DNA from: Lepidodermella squamata
Lineage: Eukaryota > Animalia > Gastrotricha
Length of the DNA: 64,000 bases
NCBI GenBank assembly: GCA_047495785.1
Contig: JBLDXI010000024.1
Span: 992,001-1,056,000, forward strand
Direction: 5' to 3'
Part shown: in pieces, positions 36,273 to 50,626 of the stretch
How the letters are laid out: the number at the start of each line of letters is the position of its first letter
Position numbering within the stretch: the stretch's first letter is position 1
Translations under genes and position numbers: made by a program
Notes under the pieces: generated by a model
What the model was told of the DNA's origin: nothing
Seen by the model: the letters and a program-made list of their open reading frames with translations, nothing else
Database searches by the model: none

Positions 36273-38319
36273 GTAAGTAAACAAAAAATACCACTGAACC
36301 ACGGAAAATTGAAACCAGAAGCGTAGATTTTTATCTCTGCTAGTAATTAACCAATTAACAAGGCTAGCTCGTTATAACCGAACACATGTCTGTTGCACCG
36401 AGTAATGAGCTGGTCATCGATTCTGGTGTAGCCTGCGCTTTAACTAGGTTAGCAACGATCATGAGCGCGTTGTCTTGTGGTATGCTTGGATATCATTCGG
36501 TGCGCTCAGAAAATTCTTATTCGCTTAGTGTTTTGTGGATAATATTATAGCATTGCGCCACAACAGAAACGATAATACGATTCGAAATATATATATTAAG
36601 GTGGCAAGTGTGTGCGCGCATTAATCGTGCGCGTGCGCAGATCGGTGCGACCCACGCGCGCTGATTTCACTGCTCCTGCGCATCATCGCGGCAGAAAATA
36701 ACAGATGATTCAACCGACCTCTCGATATATCTGGCACGGCTCATCGCGGTGATTATTTACATTATAAGCCGCGCGAGTTGCAAAGCCAGAGCCCGGCGGC
36801 CGCAATATGACCTGAAACACACCGATGAGTGTGTGTTGGGATGAGCTGGCGCTTCGATGATAATAATATTCTTAATATTAGTGTGCACATGAGATTTTGT
36901 GCGGCAGAACAGCAATAAGCGGGCGCGTTCTCTACCGTTATAACGTCTCTAGGTATTTATTTCTTTTATTATAAGATGGCATGTATAAGATAACTCGCAT
37001 GTAGCACGCCATTCACGGCCGCGCAGTTTCCACGGCGCGTTATTTTATTACCGAACAACACGGACAACACACTCGCGTATATCCGCACCATCTATTGTAC
37101 AGTCGAAGGCCCCGCCTTAATGTTCTGCTTCGCAGCCGTTATTTAGGAGTCTGAATACCCGGCAATACCCATAATATAGGTACAAGGGCTACAGATATTT
37201 ACGAGCGAAGGGTAGTTAGTAGTAGAGGATGCTAGGCCTGTAACAACAACAATAAGCCGCGTATAGTAGTAAAAATATAGTAAAAATAGCGCACACTTCG
37301 CCTACCGACAGCATCCACCCCGAATAGACACAAGTATTACCTACTGTAGACGAAGCATTGTACACATACCTGCGCGGCGCGAGCGTTTTTCGCCGCCCTA
37401 AAAACTCTACTTCGCCCCGTCGCTGAGGCGAAAACTACTTGGGCCGGCCGCGGCAAGTCGAAATAGCGCTCATTTACAAGCTAGACGGGGCCTTCTGGTC
37501 GCTCTTCGCCGGCTTCGCAAGCCGCTTATACAGATAGCTATAGATGAGCAGAAAACAATAACCCCAGCCGCGCTTGCTTCTGTACAGTGCGTCTGCAGAA
37601 AAAACTACAGTTATATATAGCCGGTTACTAATAAATATCCGCGGGGCGGGTGCAGAAACATTGCTGGCATCAGCGTGTTTTCAGCAGGCAGCGCGCATTT
37701 TTTCTGCTACCTAGGCCGTACCCGAAAAATCTACCTGTGCGCGCGCGTGTTGTATTATTACTGAACACACTTCCCCATCTACGATTTTTATACTTATGCT
37801 GCTAACATGGCGTCTTCATTATTTTTCACCAGCTTAGGCTTATATTATGCTATAATATAATGCCCGTGTTATAACTCCTCCACCATCCTGCTCCATCGCA
37901 TCATCGCAACCGGCCGCTTTTTTTCAGGGAGAGGCTTTAAGCTGCTGCGACCGGATTTTGTTCGCGCGGTGATAATAATAATATTATCATAATATTGCCT
38001 CAGTATTTTCTAACCGACTCGCCTTTGTCCTGCGCTGGCATAAGGTGACTCGTTTTTTTATTCATCATTAACACTATCCCCTATTATGGTCCTCTTCGCT
38101 TTTTATGGCCACTGGTTCGCGGTTTCGGACGAAAAAAACCCAAAAAATGCCTCTGTTAGATAGAAAAACTTGGCGCAATTTCACCCTGTTACGCGATGAG
38201 TCATCAACATTGGCGTGACTGATCCCCCCCGGATTACACGAATTTTTTTGATATACATCAGCTCAAGATATTTTATTGCTCTGTTTTTTTGTGTCAATAG
38301 GATAAATCCAGTAGTTGAG

Positions 38320-41300
38320 ATGGCGACTAGTGGGGAATATGATGATATGTATGGTGATTATGGCGACGATTACGACGAAGATATGCCGGCGGCCGAGCGC
38401 GAGTTGGCCGAAGATGCGGCGTGGAAGTTGATCCAGAAAAACACCTTCACCCGCTGGGCCAACGAGCATTTAAAAACCGTAAATCGGCGCATCGATGACC
38501 TCGAATTTGACCTGTCAGATGGCCTCAACCTCGTTTACCTGGTTGAGATTCTGTCAGGCAAAAAATTTAAATACGTTAACAAACGGCCTGGCTTCAGAAC
38601 GCAGAAGCTTGAAAACGTCACAATGGTCCTCGAATTTCTCGAGAACGAGGAAAAAATCAAAATTATTAATATCGGTAAGACCTTCATTATTTTATTATTT
38701 TTTATTTTTTAGAAGTTTTAGGCATTATTTTTAATATTCAAAACTCTGTTATAATTAAATCAGGCTTTAGATTTAGATTTTTAAGAAATTATCTGCCTCA
38801 TTTCCGTCCACTGACCTCATGTCAATGGGTAATATCAATCTGTGCACTAGTTATCTCTCCAGGTCGCAAACATGGTTATTTATTTATTTACTCATTTTGC
38901 GTGTTATATGACCTTGGTCGAGGTTATTAGCTGTCAGCGATGCGTGCGAGAGCGCTCTTTGTCGTCGACCTACTGTTGACATAGAACGAGATCGTAATCT
39001 GATAACAGCGATAACCAATTTTTTTGTTTGATTTAAACAGACAGTACCGATATTGTGGACTGCAAGCTTAAGCTCATTCTCGGCCTTATCTGGACGCTGA
39101 TCCTTCACTATGCCATCTCTATGCCCATGTGGGATGGCGAGGACTTTGCCGACAAGTCGGACACGCCGAAGCAACGGCTGATGAAATGGATCCAGAGCAA
39201 GATCCCAGATCTTGGCATCAAAAACTTCTCGACCGACTGGAATGACGGTCGCGCGATCGGCGCCCTCGTCGACGCCTGCCAGCCGGGCCTGTGCCCCGAC
39301 TGGGTTGAGTTCGACCCGCGCAATGCCGTGCAAAACTGCGCCAAGGCGATGGACGCCGCCGAGGAGTGGATGGAGATTCCGCAACTCATCCGGCCCGAGG
39401 AGATGGCGAACCCACGCGTCGACGAACAGTCGATGATGACCTACTTATCACAGTACCCTAACGCTAAGCTCAAGCAGGGTGCGCCGCTTAAGCCGCGCAC
39501 CAACGCCAGCCGCGTCAACGCGTACGGACCCGGCATCGAGCCGCACGGCAATCACGTCGGCGCTCCTGCTCGCTTCACCATCGAAACCTTCAACGCCGGT
39601 CTTGGTGATGTTGAAGTCGTCGTTCTTAACCCTCACGGCAAACGCGAACATGTGAGAAACCAATCCGCTTAAATGTTTTAATCTTAATTTATTCATTCGA
39701 TTTTTAGTGTGATGTTCACTTTAACAATGACGCCAATTTAACTTATTCGTGCTGCTATGTGCCGCAAATGGACGGCGAGTACCGCGTTCATATCAAATTT
39801 GCCGGAAATGAAATCCCGCACAGCCCGTATCGCGTTAATGTCAAGGGCATGCCGGGCGATTCTCGCAAATGCTTCGCCTCTGGACCTGGTATCGAACCTA
39901 TTGGCAATATGGCCGGCAAGAAAACTTGGTTCGACGTCTCAGCAAAAGGTAAGAAATCCCATTTTATCGCTTGATCCCATCAGCAGGCAACGTACCCATC
40001 TTAGATTTTTTTTATAAATTTAGGGTGGATTTTATAATTTTTTTGATAATGTCCTTTTTAGACTTTATTATCCTGAACCTAGATTTTACTGGGAACAATT
40101 TTCCATATCTCGCCCTAATTGTTTTAGGACAATTTTTAGTGCTAGCGGAGATTTTTACAATTTGCATAATATTTTATTTTCAGACGCTGGAAATGGCAAT
40201 ATTGATGTGCTAATTTTGGACCCTCGTGGCAATAAGGATATTGTTCGGCCGGCTATCAGCCGCCGTGATCCTCAAACCTATCACATCGAATACGTGCCGA
40301 AGGAACCCGGAGCACATGTTATTCACGTCTATTTCGCGGGCAATCCTATACCTGGCAGTCCATACACCGTCAACGTGTCACCACGTAAATTTATTTTTCA
40401 TAATTCGAATTTATTTTTCAATTTTTTAGATATTTATTAGATATTAATTAATTATTAATTATTAATTAATACATTTATTAATTATTATTTATTTATTAAT
40501 AAATTTTTAATTTTGTTAATATAATTTTTTTAGCTTGCGAAGCGAAGCGCGCCTACGCATCGGGCCGCGGTATTCAGTCTCGCGGCGTGCGCGTAGGCGA
40601 CGTCGCCGATTTCAAGGTGCACACGGAAGGCGCCGGCGAGGGCCAACTCGACGTCAACGTCATCGGCCCCGGCGGTCGGCAAGTCAACTGCCAGGTCACT
40701 AAAGTCTCACCCACTCTCTACCACTGCTCGTACCACCCGAACATCGCCGGACCTTACTGCGTTAACGTCACCTACGGCAATGGGCACATTCAAAAGAGCC
40801 CGTTTAAGGTGGACGTTGGTCCATTTAAAGAATCAGCTATCCGGGCGTTCGGCCCTGGCCTCGAGGGCGGCACATGCGGCTACCCTGCTGATTTCACGGT
40901 AGAAACTAACGGCGAGACTGGCGCGCTAGGTTTCGCAATTGAAGGCCCGTCCCAGGCGAAAATCGACTGCCACGACAATGGCGATGGCTCAGCTGATATA
41001 ACTTACTGGCCAACTGCGCCTGGCGAGTACGCTGTCCACATTCTGTGCAACGACGAGGACATCCCGAAATCGCCGTTCATGGCCCAGATTAAACCAGCGA
41101 CTACCGAATACGACCCGCGCAAGGTCACTGCAGCCGGGCCTGGTTTGAACCGAACCGGCGTTACCGTCGGCAACTACGCCGACTTTCTGGTCGATGGGCG
41201 GAAGGCTGGCCGCGGCGAACTCAAAATCCAGTGCATGGACGAAGAGTACAACCCGGTCGACGTTCAAATCCGCGACAACCATGACGGAACTTACAGCTGC

Positions 41301-44300
41301 CGGTATTTACCCCGCGCCGAGAATAAGCACACCATCATCATTTCTTGGGGTGGCTGCAACATCCCGAAAAGCCCGTTCCGGGTCTACGTCAGCGAGCCCT
41401 CTGACCCGAGCAAGGTCCGCGTCTACGGCCCGGGCGTTGAGCGGGGCGTTAAAACCTTCGAGCCAACGTATTTTGTCGTCGATTGCAAGAACGCCGGTCC
41501 TGGCGATGTTGCGATCGCGTTGACCAACGAGAAGGGCATGGACGTGCCGGTTCAGACGACCGATAACGGCGACTCGACCTTCACCATCCATTACGAACCT
41601 CGCACTGTTGGCACTTACACTGCCAGCGTGTTTTTCGCCGACAAAGAAATACCGGCCAGCCCGATCCGAATCCAGGTCGATCCTAATATCGACATCGCTA
41701 AGGTTCAGGTCAACGGCCTTGAGTCAAGTGAGTTCATCGCAATTTTTTTTAAATTTCAAGATTTTTCGAATTTCAAGCGCACATTTATGTTGAAGATTTC
41801 ATGACGTGATTTTATTTTATTGTGGCTTTTTTGCATTTCATTTTTTTCGCACATCATTCCAGGCTATCCAGTCGGGCAGGAGGTCAACTTTGATATTGAC
41901 ACCCGTGGCGCGTTGCCGCCTCAGGCCGGTCGTGCCCAGCCTACAGTGACGATTGTCAGCCCAACCGGCCGGCGCATTCTAGCCGGGTTAGAGGAAACCC
42001 CAGCGGGCTACATCACCCGTTTTATCCCCTTCGAAGAGGGCCCTCATAGCGTGAATGTTACAGTGGGTGGGCTTCAGGTGCCAGGGTTGCCCCGCAAGTT
42101 CCAGGCTGTTAAACCACCACCACCGCCTGTGCCCGCCCCGCCACCACCCCCTGTTACCGACCCGTCTAAGGTTAAGGTTTACGGGCCGGGTCTTGAGTCC
42201 GGGGTTGCAAATGTCCCGGCTGAATTTACTGTAGACACCCGCCAGGCGGGCCCTGGCTCCCTGGGTCTGTTGATCGAAGGCCCATCGCAGGCTAAGATTC
42301 ATTGCCACGACAATGGCGACGGCACTTGCCGCGTGGTTTACTACCCGACTGAGGCTGGCGAGTACCAGGTCAATGTCACTTACTCGGACCGGCCTGTTCC
42401 GAACTCGCCGTTCAGGGTCAATATTAGCCCGGGTCGCAATGTCGACGTCCGCGGCATCCGCGTCTACGGACCGGGTGTGGAACCAGGTACCAACAGCACG
42501 CGAGTTACAAAGCATGACACGTGTGAATAAAAAAATTTCATCAAAAAAAGCATGAAAATTCCTCCTTAATATTATTAGTAAAAAAACCTAGAATTTTGCA
42601 TGCATGTTTGATCGATTTATTCTAAACCTATTTTTCCGTGTTTTTCAAGGAGTTTTCTGTGACTCGACGACCGAGTTCACCGTTGACGCGCGGGCTGTTT
42701 CGAAAACTGGTGATGGAAAGGTGAAAGTTGTTATCAACAACCCATCGGGCAGCAAATCGATGGGCATTGTTACGAACAACAACGACGGCACGTACCGCGT
42801 TCAGTACACGCCCTTCGAAGTCGGCCAGCATTTGGTCAACGTCAACTACGAAGGCTTGACCGTGCCTAGCAGCCCGTTCAACGTCCAGGTCCAGGCCGGC
42901 TGCGATCCGACCAAAGTTCGCGTCTACGGCCCTGGCCTCAAGGGCGGTTACAGCCACCAGCCTCAGGTGTTCACCATCGAAACTAAGGGCGCTGGCAAGG
43001 GCGGTATCAGCCTAGCTATCGAAGGCCCGTCCGAGGCGATGATGCAGTGCAAGGACAACCGTGACGGCTCTTGCACGGTCGAGTATCTGCCGACCAAGGC
43101 TGGTAACTACGAAATCACGGTTAAATTCGCCGATCAACACGTACCCGGCTCGCCGTTTAAAGTCCCCATTCAAGACATGGTCGACCCTCGTAAGGTTCGC
43201 GCCTACGGCCCGGGTCTCGACCCTCGCGGCGTCAAGGTCAACGAACCGTCGAATTTCATCGTCGACGCGTCGGAAGCTGGCGATGCTAACCTGGAGGTCT
43301 ACTTCACAGACGCGTCGGGCAAACGCCTGCCAGCTCAGGTTCTAGCGAACGGTGATGGAACTTACCAGGTGACTTACTTCGCCACCGTCGAAGGCCGATG
43401 CATCATCGAAATCAAATACGCTGGTCAGAACATCCCTCACAGGTACACATAATTTCTAACAAAAATCATCCCAACTTTTGATTAGCAATTTTTAGTTGTT
43501 GTAACATTTTTTGAAAATAGTTTCCTATAGTATTTTTTTGTTCAATTATTTAACAAATTTGCATTTTTTGAATGAAAAGTCCGCTTTACTTATCGGCTAA
43601 GAGGTTTGTTTTATATCGCGTAAATCAATAATTCCGGAAAAAATCCCATTTTATCATCTCCACCCTGCTCCTTTGAATTTTTGAAGAATCATGCATGCGT
43701 CAGAGACACCCCCTTTTTCTGATATGGTGTTGTGAATTTCGAGTGATTAACTGTGATTTTTAATTCGATTTTTGTATTCTGATTTTATCAGCCCTGTTGT
43801 CGTCGAAGCGAAACCCTCGTACGACCCGAGCCGGGTGTTGATTTCTGGCGACGGGCTATCTGCGACTGGGGTGCTCGCGTCGTTCCCAACCTCGTTCATG
43901 ATCGACACACGGCACGCCGGCATCGCCAACCTCGACGTCATCATCCAAGACCCGCAAGGCAACTACGTGACGCCGATTATCCGCGACAACGGCGACGGCA
44001 CTTACCTGGTGACGTACACCCCGGAGGACATTGGCGTGTACACGGTGCGCATCCGCTTCGGCGGCCACGACGTGCCCGGTTCGCCTGTCTACGTGCAGGC
44101 GCATTCGACCGGTGACGCGTCCAAGTGCTACATCACCGAGGGCAATGAACAGTGCATTTTGCTCGGCGAAACTTGCATCATCATCGTCAACGCCGTCAAA
44201 GCCGGCCACGGCAACGTCACTTGCCGCATCAGATCTCCTCAGGTAAGAAGACATTTCTATGTTGTAGTTGATTTGGAGATATTTTCGAGAGAACTTATTC

Positions 44301-47300
44301 GAAATTATGAAACTCTTGAAGATGAAGCCTCTGTAGAAATTTGAATTGAAAATTCAGCTGAGAGAATTGGAAAGCTCGATTTTAAAAACCATTGGAGCCA
44401 AGATTGGGAACTGGTCTAAGGGTATTTTTAACCTTCCATCTCTGAAAATCAGGTTTAAAAGAAGGCTAAATGGCCAATTAGAATTGAACGAAATTTGTGG
44501 CTCATATTGGAGTACTTGCTGTTTATTATGACTACTAATAACCTTGAAAATAGAGATTCCATAAATAGGCCCTTCAAAAGGCTTCTCAATTTCGAACTTT
44601 ACGAGGCAACAAGTCTGTTACGAATAATGCGACCCTCAAGCCTCATCCATTCTTGATACCTTTTAGTCAAAAAAGGTTCATAAGACCATTCGCCTGGAAT
44701 AGGAAGCAGTTGAATTCTTGCGAAGAATTCCGATTTGCTCATATGGATTTAGTATAGGATGAAAGGAGAGGAAAAGGGGGTGGGGGTTACCAATCATTTG
44801 TTTCACTCCATTGAGATAGTTTTGCTGAGGGCCTTTCCAGCTCAATTCTACTAAGCTGAACCTTCTGATTCAATTCTAACTGAGAAGTCTTCAAATGATT
44901 CGGGGTTTTTCTGTTTAACATTGTTCATTCAGCAACATCATTTTGAGACCAGGCTGATCTATAATAGAGTGGGTTAATGGATTCAGTATTGCCACATCTA
45001 CCCTGCTTTATTAGCCTGAAAACTCCGAGAACGTGGGCAATTATCCCTATAGTGTAAGGATTAAGGCCACATTGACATTGAATTTTTAACCTATCAACCA
45101 TTCGATATTAATGCACTCTAAATCTCGAGTCTCGAGGCGACAAAGTAAAATGCTACGGAATTTGAAACTGAACGTAAGTGGGTTTTTCCTATATTCAAAT
45201 ACAATGGACTACTCCGTATGGATTGAATCAGATTGAGCTGATTTTTTATTAAATCAAGTGGCCTATAGTTGAAGGACTGTTATGAATGGTAGATTGCAAT
45301 TTTGCAATACCCATGGCTATCCTGAGCATCTTCCGTCTTTTTTTAATGTACACAATTTTAATGCGCTGATTTTTTTGTCTTGGAAACAGGGATCCGACTG
45401 CGATATTGACATTGCTGACAACGGCGATGGCACGTTTTCAATCCACTACACGCCGCGCATTCAAGGCTCGCACACGCTGACGATCAAGTTTGGCGGCAAT
45501 CTCATCCCGAACGGCCATTTCATCCAAGAGGTTAGTTCCGTTGCATACCTATCTGTCTTACGCCGACCCCTAAAAAAATGTCTAGCAATTTCCTCGTAAA
45601 TGCGCCGGTATGGCACAGAAAAAAAAGTTGGCTTTTGCGTCGTCCTTAATATCATCTTTCATCAGATATTTCATCGCATGAGTGTCTAGCGTTTGCGATT
45701 GTCAGCTATTACATGACCGCAAACCATGCTCCGGTGAACCCGAACCGCGGCGTATAATTTTTTATTGCGGCGTGTTTTTTACTGGTGCGCGAACAGGGTG
45801 TGTAAGCAATAACATTCCTTATATTATACATCATCGTCATTATCATTTTTCAGCCCGCGGGGCAAGGTTTATCGCAATCAGATGCGCACCCGAAAAAAAC
45901 GGCGGAATTTTCTGCGCGCTACCTGGTCTTAATAATAATAAATAGCGCGATAAGACGACGAGATGCGCGTCAGATTTTTCTTATTATGCAATAATATATA
46001 GGTTCTTTTTTCGCATAACAACAGATCACGTACATGCGATTTTATTATGATAAAGCTGCCTTAGCACACCTCGCCGTCGATGAGTTATATTTTGGATTGA
46101 TGGATGCGCGTGTATGCGGTAGAAACGTTTACTGTGCATACAGCAGCCTGTGCGGCTTTTGGCGAGAGAAAAATACGTGATACGCCGTGTTGCAAAGCGC
46201 GTCAGCTTATTTTTTTCGACGCGCGATCGAGCGATAATATTATTGCTTGCGTGCGCCTATTGTTCGAACAGGCTCGCAGGCACTTAGTCTCCCGGGCTGT
46301 TTACTTCCCGGGCGGCGTACTTTCAACTTGCCTACTCGTCGTGGGACGGCCGGTAGATATCTAGGTAGCTGCTGCCTCGAACCGCGCGGCTACTTGCATT
46401 GATATTAATAATAATAACTGCGAGTTATCTTCTTCTTCTTCCTCTGCTGATGCTGATGCTTCTTCGAAGTCGACTCGCCGTGGGTAGATATTTGGTCCGC
46501 TGCTGGGTAAATAAGGCGCGGCTTTTTATAGCCTAGCCTGCCATGTTTTGCTCGCTCTTCTTCACGCTGGCATCCGAAATTACAATACCGAACGCCGACC
46601 TGTGCGATTAGGCGCGCGCTTCATATGAACAGGAACTAGGCATAGGCATCAATAGACGGTGCCTGTTTTGCTGCTGATAACCCTACCAGAAAAGGAAAAT
46701 TGCTGGCTCGCGTCAAGTCTTCGTCTGGCGTTCTCCATTACTATATGCGCGCCATTGTTGCGCACAAATAGCTCGGGCGCGTCTTCTCCCCAACAATAAT
46801 AGTAATATTCATAATAATAGATCCCACCCCATCCCGAATCAACCGCCCCGCGATAGTTATCTGCGCGCCTGAAATATACAGATCGAGATTTATAGGAAGG
46901 CATATATAGTATACAATCACCTTTGCAGTTTACTACAAGCCCAGCGTTACTATTACCCATCCCTACCTATATTATTATTAGTATTTTGATTTTTCAGCCG
47001 ACCCGTATAGAAATTTCTTCACTTACCTTGTGTATGTATGTTATTTCGCGCTCGCCCGTGTTGTCTTCACGTGCTACTTGTGTATTAGGGCGTGCCGCTC
47101 CTGCGCCCATTCGACAAAAACCCGCGCCGATAAACGCTCGGCTCTTCGGCGAGAGCACCAGCGTTTCACCTTTAGCGTTGTTATTTCCGATATTATTATT
47201 ATTATGGCGGCAATAATATACCGTCTACGTTCTAGTAAACCCGCGCGAGTTTGAAGAAAGGTTGTAGGAAGAGATATTTCCGCTGCTGTGAGTATTATTT

Positions 47301-50300
47301 CTTTAATGCTGCGGCGTATACAACAACTGGCCTGTTTAGCCTGCGAAGGCAAACAACACATTGCCGATATACATTTCGAACTGTTATAGAGATCAGCGCG
47401 CCCCCAGCAGCATTGCCATCAAATGTGGTGCAGAAGCTGCTGCCTCTACTTTATGGCTGATGCACAACGCATTGCTACTTAGCAGCCACCTACCTTTCAA
47501 CCCCTCCAAATGTAGCACATCGACCTCTCTTAATCGCCCATCCCGTCTCGTATCTCGAAAAGTTGCATCTTGCTAGGCCATTTGAACCCATCCACGTACC
47601 CTCATGTTCCTACTTTCATTCATAATCATTTGCTCGAATTCTTGGGCTTTAGTTTCGATTTTTTGTTGATTTTGGCGTTTTTTGTGTGTAGGCGTCTACA
47701 ACCGCTGAGTCGCGAACTGTTCGCCTTCAGCAGCAGCATTTAATAACTCAGTCGTACCAAGCGCACTCTGCGACTTACTCGGCGACCCATTCGGCATCGT
47801 CGACAACTCACACTTACTACCCGCAGGAGTTTTGCCTTCCAGCTGGACCTGTTTTCAATTTCGTCGAAGCTTACGTAGTCATGCCTAGCGGTAACGTAGC
47901 TGCGCCGGAGATCACCGACAACAAGGACGGAACCGTCACCATCAAGTACCACCCGACCGAAGCCGGCTTGCACGAGCTGCACGTCAAGTACAACAGCGAC
48001 GCCATCGAGGGCTCGCCGTTCCGCTTCCACGTCGACTCGCTCGCCTCGGGCCAGGTCACGGCCTATGGCCCTGGCCTGTCGCACGCCCTCTCGGGTGAGC
48101 AGGCCAACTTCAGCATCGTGACGAAGGACGCCGGATCTGGCGGTCTGTCCGTCTCGATCGAAGGCCCCTCGAAGGCCGACATCCAGTGCAAGGACAACAA
48201 GAACGGCACGTGCTCTGTCAGCTATGTGCCCCTCGTTTCCGGCGAGTACCAGATCAGCATCAAGTTCAAGGGCGCCCACATCAAGGGCTCGCCCTTCCTC
48301 GCCAAGGTCACCAGCGAAGGCCGTAAGAAGAACCACCTGTCAGTCGGTTCTTCTTCGGAAATCTCGCTCAAGGTCACCGAGGCTGATATCAGCAATCTGA
48401 CCGCTGTTATCAAGACGCCCTCAGGCAAGGACGAACCGTGCCTGTTGAAGCGCCTCGCCAACGGCCATCTCGGCATTTCGTTCACCCCGAAGGAACAGGG
48501 CGAGCACAAGGTGTCGGTCACCCGCTACGGCCAACACATCACCAACTCGCCATTTAGCATTAAGGTGACTGAGAAGGAGGTCGGTAACGCTAAGAAGGTC
48601 AAAACTTCTGGCAAGGCCCTGCAAGAAGGCACTGCTGGTCAGTTGAACGAATTCGTCGTCGACACGTCCGAGGCTGGCTACGGCGGTCTTTCCCTATCTA
48701 TCGAAGGCCCGTCCAAGGCCGACATCAACTGCACCGAGTCCGGCAATGGCAAGTGCAACGTTACGTACAAGCCATCGGAGCCTGGCACCTACATCATCAA
48801 CGTTAAATACGCTGATGAGCACGTGCAGGGCTCGCCGTTCTTGATCAAGGTCGGCGGCCAGGCCAGCGGTCGTCAGATCGAAATTTTCAAGAAGGAACGT
48901 GTCAAGGAAAACGACGCCCAGGTCGGTCAGAAGTGCGAACTTCTGTTGAAGATCCCCGGCGCCAGCCCGTTCGACATGGAATCCTACGTCACGAACCCGT
49001 CGGGCGTTACCGAGCTGTGCGAAGTCCACGATCGTGAGAACTGCACGTTCGGTGTCATCTTCACGCCGCAGGAGACTGGCCTGCACGCCGTTTCGGTCAA
49101 GCACAAGGGCATGCACATCCCCGGCTCGCCGTTCCAGTTCACCGTCGGCCAGATCCAGGGCGGTGGTGCGTACAAGGTCCGCGCTGGTGGACCTGGTCTC
49201 ATCCGAGGCGAGGTCAACACCCCAATGGAGTTCGACATCTACACCCGCGAGGCGGGCGCTGGTACCCTGTCTATCGCGGTTGAGGGCCCGGCTAAGGCTG
49301 GCATCAAGTTCGAAGACCGCAAGAACGGTACCTGCGGTGTTACGTACTCTGCTGGTGAGGTCGGCGACTACGTCGTTGCGGTCAAGTTCAACGACGAGCA
49401 CATCCCTGACTCGCCGTTCCGCGTCAGCATTGGCCCGCAGTCGGGCGAGGCCAAGCTCGTCACGGTTCACTCGCTTCAAATGCAGGGCCTCCAGACTGGC
49501 AAGGCGTACACCTTCTCGGCGCGCACCAACGGCGCCAAGGGCCGCATTGCTGCCTACACCACCCTGCCGTCCGGCCAGGAAGAGGACTGCTGGACCCAGG
49601 AGATCAACGACGGCGAATACGCCATCCGCCTGACCCCCCAGGCCAACGGTAACTACTACGTGCATGTTACCTTCAACGGCTACGACATCCCCGGCTCTCC
49701 GTTCCGCTGCGCTGTGGGCAAGGTCGACGCCGATCCGGGTAAGGTGACGGCGTATGGCGACGGCCTGAACGAGGGTAAGACTGGCGAGGTGTCGAAATTC
49801 ATCGTCAACACGTGCAACGCCGGTGCCGGCAATCTCAACTGCGTGGTCGAAGGCCCGAGCAAGGTTCAGCTCAACTGCAAGGAGGTCGACGAGGGCTACA
49901 AGTTCTACTGGACGCCGACGGCGCCCGGCGACTACCTCGTCACCGTCAAGTACTCCGGCATCCACATCATCGGCAGCCCGTTCAAGGTGCGCATCACCGG
50001 CGCCGGCAAGGCGTCCAACTTCAAGGAGGAGGCGACCCTCAGCATCGAAACCGTTGCCAAGTCGTCGACCACCACGACGAAGAAGGCTGGCGCGCCCAAG
50101 CTGAAGTCGAACGCCGCAAAGTGCACGGCGAAGGGCAACGGCCTCAACAAAGCTTTCGTTAACAAGAAGGCCATGTTCACCGTCGACACCCGTGGTGCTG
50201 GTAAGCAAAATTTCCTCTACTTCTTGGAAAAAAATTCAAAAAGCCGTCAATCAAATTTCAAAAATTTCAAAAATTTCAAAAAGTGCATTTTTAAATTTTA

Positions 50301-50626
50301 AATTTTAATTAATTAATTTAGAAATTTTAAATTGAATAATTTATAATTAAATAAATTTGGAAATATTTAAAATTTTATTAAATTAATCGAAATGAATTTA
50401 GTAATGATTTTGTGATGATTTATGATTTTCAGGTGAAAATGCCTTGTTCGTTGGTGTTATCGGCCCGAACGGCGCTGGTCCAATCGATGAGCTGAACATC
50501 AAGCACACAGCGCGGACAGTCTACACGGTATCTTACACCATGAAGGAGCGCGGCGAATTTTACCTGTTCGTCAAGTACGGCGACGAACACATTCCCGGCT
50601 CGCCGTTCACGCTCGACGTCGCATAA
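38320..50626 (+). CDS. Filamin (Cheerio/FLNA-like), about 2437 aa: two CH domains and 22 Ig-like repeats; exons 38320-38674, 39041-39651, 39708-39948, 40184-40384, 40534-41727, 41863-42486, 42650-43442, 43792-44242, 45390-45530, 47692-50200, 50433-50626
   Basis: LAEDAAWKLIQKNTFTRWANEHLK and LKLILGLIWTLILHY actin-binding domain; repeated YGPGL...G.Y...V.F....IPGSPF units (13 before the hinge, 9 after). Exon sum is 7314 nt, a multiple of 3. Confidence 0.97.
40435..40530. repeat. AT-only low-complexity tract (ATTAATT units) in a filamin intron
   Basis: Visible directly; a similar AAATTTCAA/AT tract lies at about 50250-50400. Confidence 0.7.

Noticed and set aside
44300-44900. Weak inverted similarity within a filamin intron
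   Set aside because: Too degenerate to define termini or a TSD by eye.
48694-50208. 504-aa antisense ORF and other long shadow ORFs over filamin
   Set aside because: Explained by the strong C/G-ending codon bias of filamin, which removes antisense stops; no recognisable domain.
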